Source: Haliotis rubra
Lineage: Eukaryota
Direction: 5' to 3'
Assembly (NCBI RefSeq): GCF_003918875.1
Contig: NW_025765337.1
Location: 1-64,000, forward strand
Length of the DNA: 64,000 bases
Positions within the stretch are counted from its first letter, which is position 1; each line of letters opens with the position of its first letter. The notes beneath the pieces were generated by a model. It ran no database searches. It was not told where the DNA came from and worked only from the letters and a program-made list of their open reading frames with translations. This document shows, piece by piece, positions 30,826 through 44,390 of the stretch. The position numbers and the translations under genes were made by a program.

Positions 30826-31291
30826 TCAGAACCATAACACTTATAGGTAAAATTACTGCATCAAACAATTTAAAAAGATCATTCACTGTGATATGACCAA
30901 AGTTTTTTTGGAAGGAATAGATAGACATGAGTGCTATATTTGCTTTGGATAAGATACATTTTTGTCTTTAGTGCAAACTAACCTTGGGGTGAAAACAATT
31001 CCAAGATATCTATAAAATGTAGCAACTTCAATTTGTTTACCTTAAAAAAAACAATGTTCATAATGTTTTACAGGGCCAGAATTGTGGAAAACAATGATCT
31101 TAGTTTTAGCTGAATTAATTGTCATACCTGTATGTTTACAAAACAACTCTAGGGCATTGAACCTGTTCTGTAATTGACGTGCAGTGTCAGCACTTCCAGA
31201 CATCATCTGCAGATATTAGTGCATAAACATTATCCTCATCAATATTGATATTTACGCCATTTCCACCAAATCTTTCCAAAACTGAGAACAG

Positions 31292-31459
31292 TTTAACACG
31301 TTATATTTGGGATTACACTTATTTATTAAAGTACAAATTTTAGTACTTTTAGGGGTTGAGTCCCATCCGGGATTCGAACCCATACCCTCAGAGTCAGGCA
31401 CCTAATCGCCAGCACACAAAGTAAGCCGCCTAACCCATTCAGCCACCGCAACTTCCACT
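31292..31459 (-). mobile_element. tRNA-derived SINE head (or tRNA pseudogene) inserted in the LINE RT
   Basis: On -: A box TGGCTGAATGG (31435-31445) and B box GGTTCGAATCC (31370-31380); no clean cloverleaf. Confidence 0.7.
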
Positions 31460-31904
31460 TCAAATGCTTTTGAAAAATCACACAACAAAATCTACCCTGT
31501 TTCCTATGTGAATATATTTCTACAACAGCGTTCAATGAAACTATGTGATCAACAGTGCTGTGTTTTGTGCTGAAGCCAACTTGATCTTTACTACTAATAT
31601 CAGTATCAGCACACCATTTCTTCAGTCTGCAGGTTAGAATACAGGTAAACTGTTTACAAAGAGAGCCAATATCAGTTACTGGGGTTTTGAGTGGCACCAG
31701 CCTTGAACATGGGACCAATTGCACCCCATATCTCGGGAAGTTACATGTACAGAGGATTTCATTGAAAAGCAATGTAAAAGGTTTCAGAGTATATTGTGTA
31801 GATGACTTCATAAATTCAGCTGCTATACCATCAGGTGCAGGAGATTTGTTGTTTTTCAGTTTATCAAGGTTAAAGTTCACTTCTTGTTCAGTTATGATAT
31901 GATT

Positions 31905-32980
31905 TAAAGCATCTACACACACAGTGTTATGTACAGAGTGTTAAAGTATCTACACACAAAGTGTTATGTACAGAGTGTTAAAGTATCTACACACACAGTG
32001 TTATGTACAGAGTGTTAAAGTATCTACACACACAGTGTTATGTACAGAGTGTTAAAGTATCTACCCACAGTGATATGTACAGAGTGTTAAAGTATCTACA
32101 CACACAGTGTTATGTACAGAGTGTTAAAGTATCTACACACACAGTGTTATGTACAGAGTGTTAAAGTATCTACGCACTCAGTGTTATGTACAGTGTTAAA
32201 GCATCTACACACACAGTGATATGTACAGTGTTAAAGCATCTACACACACAGTGTTATGTACAGTGTTAAAGCATCTACACACACAGTGTTATGTACAGTG
32301 TTAAAGTATCTACACACAGTGTTATGTACAGAGTGTTAAAGCATCTACACACACAGTGTTATGTACAGTGTTAAAGTATCTACACACAGTGTTATGTACA
32401 GAGTGTTAAAGTATCTACACACAGTGTTATGTACAGAGTGTTAAAGTATCTACACACAGTGTTATGTACAGAGTGTTAAAGTATCTACCCACAGTGATAT
32501 GTACAGAGTGTTAAAGTATCTACACACACAGTGTTATGTACAGAGTGTTAAAGTATCTACACACACAGTGTTATGTACAGAGTGTTAAAGTATCTACACA
32601 CACAGTGATATGTACAGAGTGTTAAAGTATCTACACACACAGTGTTATGTACAGAGTGTTAAAGCATCTACACACACAGTGATATGTACAGTGTTAAAGT
32701 ATCTACACACACAGTGATATATACAGTGTTAAAGTATCTACACACACAGTGTTATGTGCAGAGTGTTAAAGCATCTACACACAGTGATATGTACAGTGTT
32801 AAAGCATCTACACACACAGTGATATGTACAGAGTGTTAAAGTATCTACACACACAGTGTTATGTACAGAGTGTTAAAGCATCTACACACAGTGATATGTA
32901 CAGTGTTAAAGTATCTACACACACAGTGATATGTACAGAGTGTTAAAGCATCTACACACACAGAGATATGTACAGAGTGT
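31905..32980. repeat. Minisatellite with 33-37-bp units inside LINE ORF2
   Basis: TCTACACACACAGTGTTATGTACAGAGTGTTAAAGTA. Confidence 0.95.
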
Positions 32981-35900
32981 GGTATATCATAAGTAAATTG
33001 CTGACACTGATGATCTGTTGTCAGTAGAGATGAGAAATGGTTGACCAAGTCACTGGAGGCAGTGTCATCAGATATCCTTCCTGTAGTTTTAACAGATTTA
33101 AGTAATCTCCAGAATATCTTAGGACTTTTTCCAACTTCCACAAGTTTGGGCTCAAAGTGCTGCATATTTTTTATGTTTTAATTCCTCTAATTCTTTATCC
33201 CACCAGGGAGGTTGCTTTTTGATTGTCCTTAGAGTAGATGTATAAAGTGTCTTTGTGAAGTCAGCAGGATTATGGAAAATGTACATAATGTTAAATATTG
33301 CAGAGTCAATATTTTCTTTTATTTGATTCAGCAATTGCTCATTGTTAGTTTCCATCAAAGAATGAAAGTGATCCATGAAAGTGTCCCAAGATTCTTGTTT
33401 CCATGTTTGATACAGTCACAGTAAGGTTGGCCAGGGTAGGAGTTAGGTTGGTTTATTGGAGCAGCTGTGTGACCATCACTTGTTGGAGATAAGTCATGTT
33501 AAGAGAACATGAGATAGGGAAATGGTTTGAATAATCATGTTCGCGGACTGTAAAGTCACTAAGAAAATAAAAATAAATCTGATGATGCAGTCATATACCA
33601 GTAAACAACCACTCTGCATCCATTGTTTGTGATACAATGTGTGAAGCCCATATTNNNNNNNNNNNNNNNNNNNNNNNNNNNNNNNNNNNNNNNNNNNNNN
33701 NNNNNNNNNNNNNNNNNNNNNNNNNNNNNNNNNNNNNNNNNNNNNNNNNNNNNNNNNNNNNNNNNNNNNNNNNNNNNNNNNNNNNNNNNNNNNNNNNNNN
33801 NNNNNNNNNNNNNNNNNNNNNNNNNNNNNNNNNNNNNNNNNNNNNNNGAGTTCCCCATGTTTGTCAGTAACAAATATGCCATTCAACATGTGTATGCTGA
33901 AACCTCTGCACAATTCAGAAAGGTTGCCATAATTATTTACACCAGTGTCTTTATGTAATGTTGGGAATTCAAAGTTGTCACCAAAGTAATCATTACTTCC
34001 ATGTTGTATGAATCATCATAAGGGATATAGTCTAACATCATAAGGGATATAGTCTAACAAATCTTTAGTAATCTTGTGTCCAGCAAGGAGGATAAATGTC
34101 TCAGGGTGATGACATTAAATCAAATGGAGGTAGTTTTCAAGTTGGTCAATTCTATGAATCACTGTTTTTATAAATTGTGAACGTCCTGGTGAAATGTAGG
34201 TAAAAATAAGAATGGAATCTTTTCCCAAGTTTCATTTAGTGCTCTTTAGCAACAGTAACATAAAGTTGTCAAAATGATGTTCATTCTAGACACATAACCT
34301 TTGGTTATCCACACATCTCTAATCAATACAGTAACTCCTCCACTGTGTCTAACAAAACGTTTACTTTGCAATTACAATTTTCAGTACTGAATCCATCTAA
34401 ATAGACACAAAATTTTGATTTTGTTTCAACAAAAGATTCAACAAGAGCAGCAATATCATTCTGTTTTCAAAAGTCATTCAAAATACTGTCAGCAGAGGTG
34501 TATTTATTTAATCCTTCCATGTTCCATGTGATTATATAAACAAAAACATGGCCTGCTCATGATATTTGTTTACTGTTGTTAGCCTTTGTCAGGGTGGCCT
34601 CCCCTTGTGAATCTGTAGTTCCGGTGTAGCAGGCCATTTCTTCCCCACCCTTGTTCTCATATCAAAAGGGGGAGATTCTGGCCTAGCCAGGCTACTTCTT
34701 CCCCACCCTTGTTCTCATATCAAAAGGGGGAGATTCTGGCCTAGCCAGGCTACTTCTTCCCCACCCTTGTTCTCATATCAAAAGGGGGAGATTCTGGCCT
34801 AGCCAGGCTACTTCTTCCCCACCCTTGTTCTCACATCAAAAGGGGGAGTTATGCTGCCCTAGCCAGGCCACTTCTTCCCCACCCTTGTTCTCATATTAAA
34901 AGGGGGAGATTCTGGCCTAGCTAGGCTACTTCTTCCCCACCCTTGTTCTCATATCAAAAGGGGAGATTCTGGCCTAGCCAGGCTACTTCTTCCCCATCCT
35001 TGTTCTCATATCAAAAGGGGGAGATTCTGGCCTAGCTAGGCTACTTCTTCCCCACCCTTGTTCTCATGTCAAAAGGGGGAGATTCTGGCCTAGCTAGGCT
35101 ACTTCTTCCCCACCCTTGTTCTCATATCAAAAGGGGGAGATTCTGGCCTAGCCAGGCTACTTCTTCCCCACCCTTGTTCTCATATCAAAAGGGGGAGATT
35201 CTGGCCTCACTCGGCCACTTCTTCCCCACCCTTGTTCTCATATCAAAAGGGGGAGATTCTGGCCTAGCTAGGCTACTTATTCCCCACCCTTGTTCTTATA
35301 TCAGAAGGGGGAGATTCTGGCCTAGCTAGGCCACTTCTTCCCCACCCTTGCTCTTACATAAAAAGGGGAGATTCTGGCCTAGCGAGGCTACTTCTCCCCA
35401 CCCTTGCTCTTATGAACCGACAGTAGATTTGACTTATATTTTGGTACACATTTTTGCTAAATAGTCCATTTTTGCCTCTGACTTGGGTGTAGTGATTTGA
35501 ATGCATACATGTTTGAATGGCATATATCTCTAAATCCATCCGGCTCTTGCCGCCATTCCTATGAAGACACATTGCATTAGTTCTTCATCTGTCCACCATA
35601 AGATGTAAACATTCAATCGCACATTTGATGGGTAAATAAGATGTAGTATACACAGGTTGCTTGCTCTCTTATCATGCTGTTTATTATCTAATATTTGTTG
35701 TATTTATGTATAAATGTAATGGAACATTATTCACATAAGCTTAATATACAGACAAACTTTATGGATAAACAACTTCTTTATTCGGCAGATGCGACATTAC
35801 CGAATAAAGAAGTTGTTTATCCATATATGTATATTACTCTCAAACTTCTGGCCACTCAAAGAAGTCACATAAGCTTGTTTACTAATCCATAATCACTTGG

Positions 35901-36386
35901 GGTGAATGAAATATGATTCAGATATCCATGGGCCAAGTACATTGTATACCCCTTATGAAACCTTGTCTTTTGAATATAGAATAAAGCAATGTAGTGGAAT
36001 GATAGATGATACAGCATTTCATACAGATATTGTGTTGGGTTGTTGTTGTGTTTGATGTTTACATCTGCTTCCAACTGTTAAGTTGATGTAGCTGACATGG
36101 ATGCCATATTTAAAGCCATGAGTGAGGAATATAATTTTGGATGGAAATGGACATCTAAGTTTAAAACTGGGTATTTAGTTAAAGTTTTGAATATAGCAAT
36201 GATTTTGACATAAGCCAATTTTGAGTAAGTGGGGATAAGTAACTTATTGAAATATAGAAATATGTAAATGATAATATAAAACAATAGTAATGATATAATA
36301 TCTTTGCTTTTATGCTTACTTTCATTTTTAATCTCACCTTATAGAAGGGTATTGAAACAAAATGGGAACCGTGTACATGTTATATA

Positions 36387-37848
36387 TACTAGGCACATAA
36401 AGGAACTGTGCATAAAAAAATTTAAAATCTAAATTTATCAAACCTGTGTAGACACATAAGGATTTAAACTCAGAGATTAGTGACATGTATCCAACATGCA
36501 TGCACGTGCCACGCTCCGTGACGTCAGTGGGTTCATCCTTGAGACGTGCAATACATTGTTGCACGTGCATTCCGGGAAAGAGAAACAGAGCAAATGAATG
36601 CCACACAATACTGTCACTTTGGAAAGCTCAACCCCTGCCCTTGCGATCGTTCAAAAAATTAAAGGCTATTGAAACGCATAGCATGCCAAGGCTCACGCCT
36701 GCACAACATCATGAGGCCATTTCCACTGCCACCGGAACACCATTTCTGCACTGGTGAGATGCTACCAGAACACAAATGACGTCATCGATCGACCCCGTTC
36801 TGGATGTCCACGTGTAACGCCAAGACAGGACAGATGGATAAGGGTGACCCATCTTCGCCACAGGTTTCAGACTGCAGTAATGACTGCGCGAACCTTCCCA
36901 GGACTTTGCCGTATCCACCCCAACACAGTTCGACAACGTTTACGTCATCACGGGATCAGACCAAGACGTCCCACCATAAGGCCTATCCTGACACAACGTC
37001 ATCGACAAGCTCGCCGCATGTGGTGCCGAAATCATGTCCGCAGACCCTTGTTTTGGTGGAGAAATGTTGTTTTTACAGATGAGTCCAGGTTTAACATTTC
37101 CAATAGTGATGGACGTCAACGTGCCTATAGACGCGTGGGAGAACGTTATGCACAGGCCTGTGTCTTCGAGAGGAATCACTTTGATGGTAGTTCCGTGATG
37201 ATTTGGGGTGGAATAACAGCACGTCAAAGAACTCCTTTGGTGATTGTTCAGGGCAACTTAACTGGTGTGGGCTACAGGGATCAGATTCTTCGACCTGTGG
37301 CAATTCCTTTTCTGCAACTTATGGCCCTGGGTTAACATTCCAACAGGACAATGCCCGCCCTCATACGGCAAGGGTTGCTATGGATTTCTTGCTACACCAC
37401 AATGTTGACTTACTGCCTTGGCCTGCAAATTCACCGGATCTCTCCCCGACAGAGCATGTTTGGGACGAGATGGATCGACGTCTAGGCCGTCTTCCTCATC
37501 CACCAGATAACGTCCTTGACCTTGCAACAGAACTTGAGAGAATCTGGCGTGACCTCCCACAAGCCTTCCTTGCACGTTTGATAGGCTCTATGCGTCATCG
37601 ATGCACTGCTGTTCTCAATGCCGATGGTGGACATACCCATTATTGAGCTTGTGACATGGTCGTTTGACCCCTGTCCCGCTTGTGGACTCGTGACGTCATT
37701 GTGATTGACTTTTCAATTGAAATTCTCACGACTTGTTATGGTCTCATGATCCCTCCATTAAGGTTTATATGTACGCTTTGACATTGTTATCGTACTTATC
37801 AACTGGGATAATATTTTGACAAAGCACAGTTTCTTTATGTGGCTAGTA
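36387..37848 (+). mobile_element. Tc1/mariner transposon, copy A
   Basis: TIRs TACTAGGCACATAAAGGAACTGTGC / GCACAGTTTCTTTATGTGGCTAGTA in a TA context. Confidence 0.93.
36683..37646 (+). pseudogene. Tc1 DD34E transposase (frameshifted, deleted)
   Basis: MPRL..., DRPRSG.PR, VVFTDESRF, VMIWGGI, FQQDNARPH, WPANSPDLSPTEHVW (34 residues between D and E). Confidence 0.93.
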
Positions 37849-39089
37849 TATATGAAGATGAAGATGACCTGTAAATTGTTAATGGAACTTGACATCAACA
37901 TGAATATCTTATCAATGTGTTCATGAACATGAAAACAAATTTCGGGAAGAAATAGCCTAGCTAGGCCAAAACCTCCCCCTTTTGATATGAGAACAAGGGT
38001 GGGGAAGAAATAGCCTAGCTAGGCCAAAACCTCCCCCTTTTGATATGAGAACAAGGGTGGGGAAGAAGTAGCCTAGCTAGGCCAGAACCTCCCCCTTTTG
38101 ATATGAGATCAAGGGTGGGGAAGAAATAGCCTAGCTAGGCCAGAATCTCCCCCTTTTGATATGAGAACAAGGGTGGGGAAGAAATAGCCTAGCTAGGCCA
38201 GAATCTCCCCCTTTTAATAAGAGAACAAGGGTGGGGAAGAAATAGCCAAGTTTGGCCAGAATCTCCCCCTTTTAATAAGAGAACAAGGGTGGGGAAGAAA
38301 TAGCCTAGCTAGGCCAGAATCTCCCCCTTTTGATAAGAGAACAAGGGTGGGAAACAAGTAGCCTTTAAAGTTGATTCAAGGGTGGGGAAGGTTTGGCCAG
38401 GGGGAAAGTTTGGCCTGTTACACCAGGTCCAAACAAACACTCGGGTTCCACCCACATGGGTGTGTCGACTGGGTGTGTTCTTATCTGGATGAGATGATGA
38501 GCCCACATTATTTCTGGATCCCCTGTCATATGTGAACACTTCATTATCCACTATGGGCTTTTTAGATGTACTATAGGTCTTTTTCCAGCTTTCTGTGCCC
38601 GTGAAAACCAGCGTGAGAGAGCATGCCTGTCCCCCCAAATGTTTTGCGGAAAATACTCTGTGACTCGATGTTGTGAGTGTTTTGATAGCCTGTCTGTGGT
38701 GTTTTAGATGAATAACGGACTGGGGATTGGAATTAAAGGTTTAATCATTGAGGAGTACAAGCGAAGCCATAGTCAGGGGAGCAGTCCATAACTTCCACTG
38801 TTGAAGGGAGGCGTCATTGTCGAGTTGTATAACACTGAGTGCTACAGACTACATGATGTTACATTCCTCTCCGTTTAAGATTGAAAATATTTCAATTAAT
38901 GTCAAAATAAGTGAACTTATGAAATTACAGTCCTTCATCAAAACTCAATGATAATAAAGTTCACCTTACTGAAAAATGGATAAGGAATGACTAGAATAAG
39001 ATGACTAGAACTGTCTGAACATCTAACAGTACTACTGAACTTTAAACGCGAAAAGACACTTTAGAGTCTCTGAATAGGTCACAGGTTGA

Positions 39090-42000
39090 TCACAGGTCAA
39101 GTTTCTGAGGAGGTCGGGTGTGTCGGCCAGAACTTCTCACTGGCTGGGTCGCTGTGACCTTCAGCTCTGTGGCAGGTACTGGTGTCATGTTGTCAACGCC
39201 TGTTGACAATGGTGGAGTGGACGGAATCACAGGAAGAGAACTGGCGGGTGTTGGAGTGTTTTCAATCTTATGGTTCCTGAACCCCTGCGGCTTGACATCG
39301 CAGAGAGCTGATGGTGGCAGTGCTTCTGCTTGTCTACCCTTAACGTGGTCGAGATGTCGGCGTACCATGCGTCCGTCTAGCAGTTTGATGACGCACATGG
39401 ACTGCTTTCTGCTCACTAGGTGCCCAGTTATCCATGGATGACCTTTTCCAAAATTGGTGATGTAGACTCTGTCGCCTTCTTCTTCCGACTTAGTGCGTGT
39501 GTTTGAGTCTTGCTGCTCTTTTTGTCTGGCTTGTATCTTCTGTACCTTCGAAACTTCATCAGGGTGACATAGATCCAGATGTGTCCTCAGTTTTCGGTTG
39601 AACATCAGTTCGGCAGGTGATTTATCTGTTGTCATGTTGGGCGTAGATCTATAGTGGAACAAGAATTTGGATACCCGAGATTGCAGGGATTGTCCTGAGG
39701 TCTTCTTCAAGTAGTCCTTTAATGTCTGAACTGCACGTTCAGCCAACCCATTCGATGAAGGATGGTACGGCGGAGAGAACAGTTGCTCTATCCTTTTGTT
39801 GCTTAGGAACAAACGGAACTCACTGCTAGTGAACGATGTCCCACGTTCAGCCAACCCATTCGATGAAGGATGGTACGGCGGAGAGAACAGTTGCTCTATC
39901 CTTTTGTTGCTTAGGAACAAACGGAACTCACTGCTAGTGAACGATGTCCCATTGTCCAAGACTATGGTTGCAGGTAACCCACATGTCGTAACTGTTCTTT
40001 CCAGCTTCTCAATTGTCACTAGTGATGAGGTAGAGTTGGTAATGTGAATGTCAATCCACTTGGAATGCCATCGACCGCATTTAAGAACATTTTGTTCTCA
40101 ATTGGTCCGGCATAATCAGTATGGACATGAGTCCATGGATTCTGTGGATATTCCCATGGATGCATCTGTACTGATGGTGTAGACTTCGCGTTGGTCTGAC
40201 ACTGGGAACACTCATGAACTGTAGCTTCTATGTCCGAGTCCATCTTCGGCCACCAGACATAACTTCTCGCTAACATCATTATTCTGACGATTCCCGGGTG
40301 TCCTTGGTGAAGCATTTCTAACACTCTTGGCTGTCATTGTGGTGGAACTACCACCCTTGCACCCCGCAGGAGGATACCACCATGGACGGAAAGTTCAGAC
40401 TGCCTGGATTTGTAAAGCAGCATACAAGGATCAGGGGTGTCAGTCCACCTGTTCAAAATGAATCTCTTCACTCTCGAAAGGACGGGTTCCTTTGTTGTTG
40501 CTTTTTCAATGTCGTCTGATGTGATTGGTGTGGCATCTAGGAAGCCTATGGAGTTCTCAACTTCAGGTGGCGTAGGTACTGACTTCAGTGTAGTGCCTAA
40601 TGGAAGTCGACTCATGGCGTCCGCATGACTCAGTCTTCTGCCTGATCTATACTGGAACGAATAGTCATATGCAGAAAGTGTGATGGCCCACCTCTGTATC
40701 CTGCCGGAAGCTGTGACTGGTATGCCCTTTTTCTCATTGAATAAGGTTTCCAGGGGCTTGTGGTCATTATTTATGAAGAATTTTCTTCAGGTAAGTGTGG
40801 AATCTCTTGACTCCAAATATAACGGACAGTCCTTCTTTCTCTATTTGTGAGTAGTTGCATTCAGCAAAAGCGATAGGATGCTCGGTTCCATCTTCAAAGA
40901 TGTGAGACAGTACGGCCCCAAGGCCGTATTGAGATGCGTCCCTCGCAAGTATCAGATACTTAGTACTGTCGTAGTGTACCAGGACTTGTGATGAATTCAA
41001 CAAGGACTTTGACTTGTCAAAAGCGTTTTGTTGAGCTGGTGTCCATTTCCATTTGACATCTTTTTTCAGAAGCTGGTGAAGAGGAGATAAGACCGTTGAC
41101 AGGTTTGGAAGGAATTTTCCATAGTACTTCAAGAGTCCAGATAAGACTTCAGTTCAGATACATTTTTCGGAGTTGGAGCGTTGATTAAAGCTTCAACTTT
41201 GTCTGTCACAGGGTGTAGTCCTTCTGAGTCAATGCGATGTCTGAGGTACGTAACCTCTTTTGCTTGGAACACGCACTTCTCCTTCTTCACTTTTACTCCA
41301 GGGTTGGCGAGTTTAGAGAGAACAGAGTCAACATTGTTGACATGGGTTGTCATGGGTAGTCCTTGCAGGAGATTGTCTATGTATCGCTGAAAGATTCCAG
41401 GTGACGATGATATTCCAAAAGGAAGCCTGTTGTATCGGAACAATCCACGGTGTGTGTTGATTGTTGTGTAAACTTTGGAACTCTCGTCTAGTGGAAGCTG
41501 TAGATAGGCACTTGCTAAGTCGATCTTGGTGAACGTCTGGCCTCCCGACAACTTTGCATACAAGTCATTGATCTTCAGAATAGGGTAAGTGTCAAGTGTA
41601 GATACCTGATTTACTGTCACCTTGTAGTCTCCACATACTCGAACACTTCCATCAGATTTCAGCACTGGCACTATGGGAGTGGCCCAGTCTGAAAACTGAA
41701 CAGGCTCAACGATCTCTTCTCGGGACCAATTTGTCTAGTTCGTCTTCCACCTTTTGTCTCAGGGCATATGGTACAGACCTCGGTTTGAAAAACCGAGGCT
41801 TGGCGTCAGGATCCACATGGATTTTAGCCTTGGCACCTTTGATTTCACCAATGCCATCTTCAAAGATTTCAGAATGTGCATCTATGACATCGTGTACAGT
41901 GTTGGGGTTTTGACACGGATACCTCGTGTACAGGTACGAGCTCGACAAAATGGAGACGTAACATCTTGATCCAGTCTCGACCCAAAAGACTAGGACGATC

Positions 42001-42157
42001 TGCATCAACAATCAGAATGTGTGATGACACATGTTTGTTTTTGTACCCAACAATAACATCAATGACTCCCAACATGGTGAGTCTCTCACCTGTATATGAT
42101 CGCAGTACTCTCGTAGTTTTCTGGATTTGAGATGCTTCTTTTCTGGACCACATGTGG
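39090..42157 (-). pseudogene. pol remnant (RT, RNase H, integrase) of the outer Gypsy
   Basis: VRVCGDYK, RLPFGISSSPGIFQ, DASQYGLGAVL, HQGHPG..C..C, VLDNGTSF, SNGLAER; many frameshifts. Confidence 0.9.
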
Positions 42158-42396
42158 TGATAATAAGGAAAAGCCAAAATGTCATGTTAGTTTCAAACTT
42201 TATTCAGCTGTCTCAAAATAAGGTCTTACACTGACAAGCTCTGCTATCTAACTGACCCCCCCAGAGGCAGTCACGTGTCCCCTCGTCGACGGTTTCCCCA
42301 CGAGAAGCACGTGTTTTTCGCGAAGCAAGGTGTTTTTCAACAAGTTACACCCGAAACGCATCTGGCGGCGTTGCATGGGCGAAAACCTCCTGAACA
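42158..42396 (-). mobile_element. Solo LTR (239 bp) inserted in the outer Gypsy protease region
   Basis: TG...CA termini; 5-bp TSD TGTGG (42153-42157, 42397-42401); AATAAA on -; removal restores QYDHMWSRK. Confidence 0.75.
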
Positions 42397-42846
42397 TGTG
42401 GTCATATTGCAATTTTGTCAAAATGGAGAACGTGGCTCCAGAGTCTATCTGCAGTTCAACAGGTTTTTTAGTCAGAGTCAGAGTCACATAGTAGGGTGGT
42501 ACAGCTGTCTCTCCATCATGTATGTGATATAGACCATATTCTTCGTGCTCCGAAAGATCTTCGTCTTCGTCAACAACATTCATGCTTGATTTGGGATTTG
42601 AACGTTTTGGATTCTGACCTCTCCTTCTACAAGCTTTCAGTATGTGTAGGATATTGGTCTGTAATGGTTGTTCCCGGCTGTTACGTTAGTACTGTCCGGA
42701 TGTTAATCACGGAAGTAGGAGAGCGGAAGTGGCGTTCTCGTCTGTTGTGAGATGGCGACCAGTAAACGATGTCAACCGATCTTGTCTCTGTTATTGCTGA
42801 GTAGTTCAGGATCGAAGGGTCTACGGACAAGTACACAACAGATAAA

Positions 42847-42864
42847 TGGCGACGAGGATGGGAT
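42847..42864 (+). promoter_or_regulatory. Primer-binding site, tRNA-Ser(GCU) type
   Basis: TGGCGACGAGGATGGGAT is complementary to ATCCCATCCTCGTCGCCA, the 3' end of metazoan tRNA-Ser(GCU) as I recall it. Confidence 0.8.
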
Positions 42865-43296
42865 CCACGGATTCCTTGTTGTAAGTCTATGAAAGATACG
42901 TGTTTCATAGTGAACTTTTCACTCGAAGTGAAGTGATGTTACTGGTCGCCATCTCGGCGCAAAAGGGACCACGTGACCCGACCATGTGCTTTCGTGGGAA
43001 GCTCGTTGACAAACATTAATTGTTATTTTGCTAAGGCGGAATATCCACAGAAATCTTAAAGTGAGGTTGCAATAATCTACGTGAACATTGCATTATATAT
43101 TCTACATGAATATAGTGAAAAAGTACATGTATTCTACATGAATGCAGTATCAGTGTTGGAACTTTGGAAAATATTCTACGTGAATATTATGAACAATTGT
43201 CACTTGTCAAAGAGAAGTTTCCTCATCTAGACGGATAACGTGAACTTCTGTGAATCTATGTGTCATTAATACTGTTGCTGATTTCGAGTGTGAATC

Positions 43297-44390
43297 ATGA
43301 GTCAAGACGAAGGCCCAGGTGACCAAGGAGTGCCTCAAGTAAACTTTTCACTTATTCCTATTCCTAAATTCTCTGGGAAAAAGGAGGATTTTAGTATCTA
43401 TGCAGAACGTTTCATCTCAAGCATGGAAGCTAACAAGATCACAAATGCAATACACTTATACACTTATCTCAACAATGGGTGATGAATTGTATAAACTGGC
43501 ACATGACTTGTTCGCACCTGTCAAGGTGTCTACACTCAAGAGTGAGGACATCATTGAGAAATTAACACAGCATTTGAACCCTCCTCCGAGCATCATTATT
43601 GCTAGATGTAACTTCAATCGATTGTCACAAAGGCCTGATGAGACAGTCAATGAATATGTTGCTAAGTTACGACGCATAGCAGAAGACTGCAGTTATGGTG
43701 AGAATCTGAACATGTGGCTGCGAGATCGTTTTGTGGCAGGTGTGCACAGTGAAGTGATACGTCGGCAACTGTTACAGGAGGATGCTAAGATGACCTTCGA
43801 CAAGGCCTACCAACTTGCCGTTGGAATGGAAACTGCCACCAAGGAGGCAAAGAGTCTGCAGCAAGGTCAAGGACATGCAGTGAATAAGATGATACATAAC
43901 AAGGGCAATAAAGGCCGTGGATTCAAGAGGGACCAGATGGATAAGAAGCCAGGTAACCATGGTAACAAGGGGCCAGAGACTGAGCTTAACCAGTGTACTC
44001 GTTGTTTGTCCACTAGGCACTCTCCACCGAACTGTCCATATAAGGATACTGTTTGTAACTTTTGACGCAAGAAAGGACACTTGGTACGAGCTTGTAGGAA
44101 CCGCTCGAACAGAAATCAATCTCAAGTTGGTAAGACCAACATGGTGGATCACTGTACGTCAGATGAATTCACAGAATTGTACATGGTGTCCTCAGTTAGT
44201 CAAGGTGGAACACAGAAAATAAAACAATCACTTAAAGTGGATGACAGAATGGTTGAATTTGAAGTGGACACAGGATCAAGTGTCACATTGATAAATCAAG
44301 GGATGTATAATTCCTTGTTCCCGGACAAAGAACTTTTTTGAAAGTTCATGTGTACTGAAGGCTTATAATGGGCAAAGCATACCTGTAGTT
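43297..44390 (+). pseudogene. gag plus aspartic protease of the inner Gypsy (frameshifts; nonsense codon in the second zinc knuckle)
   Basis: QRPDETVNEYVAKLR, LRDRFVAG, CTRCLSTRHSPPNC, CNF*RKKGHLVRAC, FEVDTGSSVTLI. Confidence 0.88.

Larger units (their letters stand above)
34621..38426. mobile_element. Foldback-like non-autonomous DNA element with inverted subterminal 58-bp tandem arrays
   Basis: Termini CCGGTGTAGCAGGCCA / TGGCCTGTTACACCAG; 58-bp unit ~13x at 34638-35410 and its reverse complement ~7x at 37945-38350. Confidence 0.75.

Noticed and set aside
31350-31459. Functional tRNA gene
   Set aside because: A and B boxes are present, but the acceptor and anticodon stems do not pair convincingly and it sits inside a LINE
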